Assembly (NCBI GenBank): GCA_019651595.1
Contig: BOYQ01000003.1
Location: 71,627 to 135,626 of the forward strand
DNA from: Candidatus Poseidoniales archaeon
GTDB taxonomy: Archaea; Thermoplasmatota; Poseidoniia; Poseidoniales; Poseidoniaceae
DNA: 64,000 nucleotides
Direction: 5' to 3'
Numbering within the stretch: the first letter of the stretch is position 1; each line of letters starts with the position of its first letter. Made by a program: the position numbers and the translations under genes. The notes under the pieces are model-generated. The model made no database searches and had not been told where the DNA came from. It was given only the letters and a program-made list of their open reading frames with translations. Of this stretch, positions 62,094 to 64,000 are shown piece by piece.

Positions 62094-63044
62094 ATGCGAG
62101 CCTTGGTGACGGGTGGTGCAGGCTTCATCGGCTCTCACCTCATCGACCGGCTGGTGGCTCGCGGCGACGAGGTCGTGGTCATCGACAACTTGTCTAGCGG
62201 TCATTTGCCCTTCATCCAAGACCACCTTGATGCCGGCTCCGTCGTCTTGGTCGAGGGTGATATCTGCAACCCTGAGGACGTCGGGAAAGCCATGGCCATG
62301 GACATCGATTGCGTCTATCACTTGGCGGCGAACCCTGACATCCGTCTCGGCACCCGCATCACCGACACGGACCTCAAACAGGGCACGGTGGCCACCTACA
62401 ACATCGTGGAAGCGATGCGATTGAACGACGTCAAGCAGATCGCCTTCGCCTCAAGTTCGGTGGTTTACGGTGAGGATGCCCCGTTGCCGACGCCGGAAGA
62501 CCACGGCCCGTGCATGCCCATCTCCCTTTATGGGGCCAGCAAGCAAGCCGGTGAAGGCCTCATCAGCAGTTGGGTCGGCACCTTTGGTTTGCAAGCCTGG
62601 ATTTTCCGGTTCGCCAACATCATCGGCGCCCGTGGAACCCACGGCGTGATCTTTGATTTCATTCACAAACTCAAGCGGGACCCCACTCGTCTTGAGGTGT
62701 TGGGCAACGGCTTGCAGGAAAAATCCTACATGGAGGTCGGCGACTGTGTCGACGCCATCCTTCACGTCATGGCTCACGCTGACGAACCCCTCAATCTGTA
62801 CAACCTCGGCAGCCACGACACTGCCTCCGTCCGCCGAATCGCTGAGATCGTGGTGGACGTCACTGGATGCCACGACGCAAGCATCGAATACACCGGTGGC
62901 GACCGAGGTTGGGCAGGCGACATCCCTCGGGCGCGTCTCGGTATCGAGAAAATGCTGAACACCGGCTTCGATGTCAGAATGAACAGCGAGGAAGCCATCC
63001 GCCACACCGCCACCTGCCTCCTTGAAGAAATTGGATTGGAGTGA
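62094..63044 (+). CDS. NAD-dependent nucleotide-sugar epimerase/dehydratase (GalE-like SDR)
   Basis: The Rossmann motif is 'VTGGAGFIGSHL' and the catalytic 'YGASKQAGE' is the YxxxK motif. Confidence 0.85.
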   Translation: MRALVTGGAGFIGSHLIDRLVARGDEVVVIDNLSSGHLPFIQDHLDAGSVVLVEGDICNPEDVGKAMAMDIDCVYHLAANPDIRLGTRITDTDLKQGTVATYNIVEAMRLNDVKQIAFASSSVVYGEDAPLPTPEDHGPCMPISLYGASKQAGEGLISSWVGTFGLQAWIFRFANIIGARGTHGVIFDFIHKLKRDPTRLEVLGNGLQEKSYMEVGDCVDAILHVMAHADEPLNLYNLGSHDTASVRRIAEIVVDVTGCHDASIEYTGGDRGWAGDIPRARLGIEKMLNTGFDVRMNSEEAIRHTATCLLEEIGLE

Positions 63045-63748
63045 ACACCATGTTGAACAACACCGAAGCTGACGTACGAACCGACACCCTGATTCGCGTG
63101 ATGGCCCTGTTTTTCGTGGCCATCATCGTCCTGGCCGTAACCACCAACCCCATTCCCTCGGGAACCAACGTTGGTGAGCGGGCTCCTCCCCTCGAAGGGA
63201 TGGCCTACAACGGCAGCGGCTGGACCGAGTTCAACATGGACGACTACCTGACGGCCAACTGGACGGCGGGGGATTCGGATGCTCAATGGCTCCTCGTTGA
63301 CTTCATGGACACCGACTGCCCGTTTTGTGAAAAATCCGCTGACGATGTCGGTTATGATGCTGAATACTTCATGAAATTGCGAGCCAATCACCGCACGTAC
63401 CCTTCCCTTGGACAGTGGGACGGCCCCATCGTCAATTTCGTCGCCAGTGCAACCGAGCTCGAGATTCCCAACCACGAAACCAGCCGCGATGAAATCGAGG
63501 CGTTCCGAGACCGCTCGGGTGAGGAAGAGTGTGCAGGCAAATCCTGCGCTCAGCGCGAGGGTGATGCACATCGGTTTGTCTACATTGACGACATCGACCA
63601 GGACAACATGCAGGAATGGAAGGTTGCCGGAACACCCTCCTATTACCTCATTCAGCCGGACGGCATCGTGGCTTGGAGTTCAGCTGACAGCCCACAAGAA
63701 ACCGTGCTTGAGGCCATCATGAGGCTCACCCCGCAGGAGGAGGCTTGA
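63041..63748 (+). CDS. membrane-anchored thioredoxin-like (TlpA/redoxin-type) protein, CPFC active site
   Basis: The N-terminal TM helix is 'VMALFFVAIIVLAV'. Also present are 'WLLVDFMDTDCPFCEKS' and 'VAGTPSYYLIQPDG'. Confidence 0.7.
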   Translation: MNTMLNNTEADVRTDTLIRVMALFFVAIIVLAVTTNPIPSGTNVGERAPPLEGMAYNGSGWTEFNMDDYLTANWTAGDSDAQWLLVDFMDTDCPFCEKSADDVGYDAEYFMKLRANHRTYPSLGQWDGPIVNFVASATELEIPNHETSRDEIEAFRDRSGEEECAGKSCAQREGDAHRFVYIDDIDQDNMQEWKVAGTPSYYLIQPDGIVAWSSADSPQETVLEAIMRLTPQEEA

Positions 63749-63749
63749 G

Positions 63750-64000
63750 GATGGTCGACCAAAACCTCCTGCTCGTCGCCTACGCCGTCCCGATGGTGTT
63801 TGGCTTGGTGCTCATGACCAAATCCGGTGATGGACTTGCCAACGGCCTGTCCCAGCGAAACCCCCTGCTTGCCCATGCTCGCCGTCGCCACATGCTCGGC
63901 ATGAACATTGTCGCCCTGCTTGGGTTCGTGGTGTCGGTTCACACCCTTTGGATTTCCAACAAGATCAGCGAGGGAGCGAACGTCTGCTCGACCGCCACGG
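63750..64000 (+). CDS. VKOR-like integral membrane protein, N-terminal part (runs off the window)
   Basis: ATG at 63750 after GGAGGAGG. TM helices are present, and 'LLGFVVSVHTLWISNKISEGANVC' resembles the first VKOR helix and loop Cys ('LLG..vS.Y........g...C'). Confidence 0.4.

Overview
Gene-dense, GC-rich chromosomal segment of an archaeon with roughly 65 genes. It carries archaea-specific housekeeping genes: aIF2-beta, aRF1, ribosomal protein S3Ae, PurP, class I LysRS, aCPSF1 next to proteasome beta, a NOG1-type GTPase, archaeal UMP kinase, RNase P RNA, tRNA-Pro and tRNA-Lys. Three very large secreted, C-terminally membrane-anchored proteins carry DxDxDG (thrombospondin type 3-like) repeats. 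Together with bacterial-type plsC, thyA/folA and a NiSOD pair, this fits a planktonic marine euryarchaeote of the Marine Group II (Poseidoniales) kind. That assignment is inference only, with no search run. No CRISPR array, transposase, integrase, prophage or recognisable defence island was seen. The dominant technical feature is draft quality. More than 20 genes, many of them essential, read only with frame switches, and every junction traced by hand sits in a homopolymer. About 2 kb (27.86-29.87 kb) is homopolymer-stuttered sequence with no readable gene. Observations worth follow-up are: (1) a cluster of COG1340-like coiled-coil proteins with a Roadblock/LC7 protein and a GNAT, the best candidate for an uncharacterised module; (2) a sodN-sodX nickel superoxide dismutase pair in an archaeal context; (3) S3Ae fused to a C-terminal SAP-like domain; (4) a PlsC-type acyltransferase plus acyl-CoA carboxylase subunits; (5) a PdaD-like protein lacking the pyruvoyl-forming serine; (6) a pterin dehydratase gene with an in-frame TAG; (7) a thioredoxin-like/VKOR-like pair near Cys-rich exoproteins. 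I found no clear-cut novel system and all functional calls rest on motif recognition by eye.
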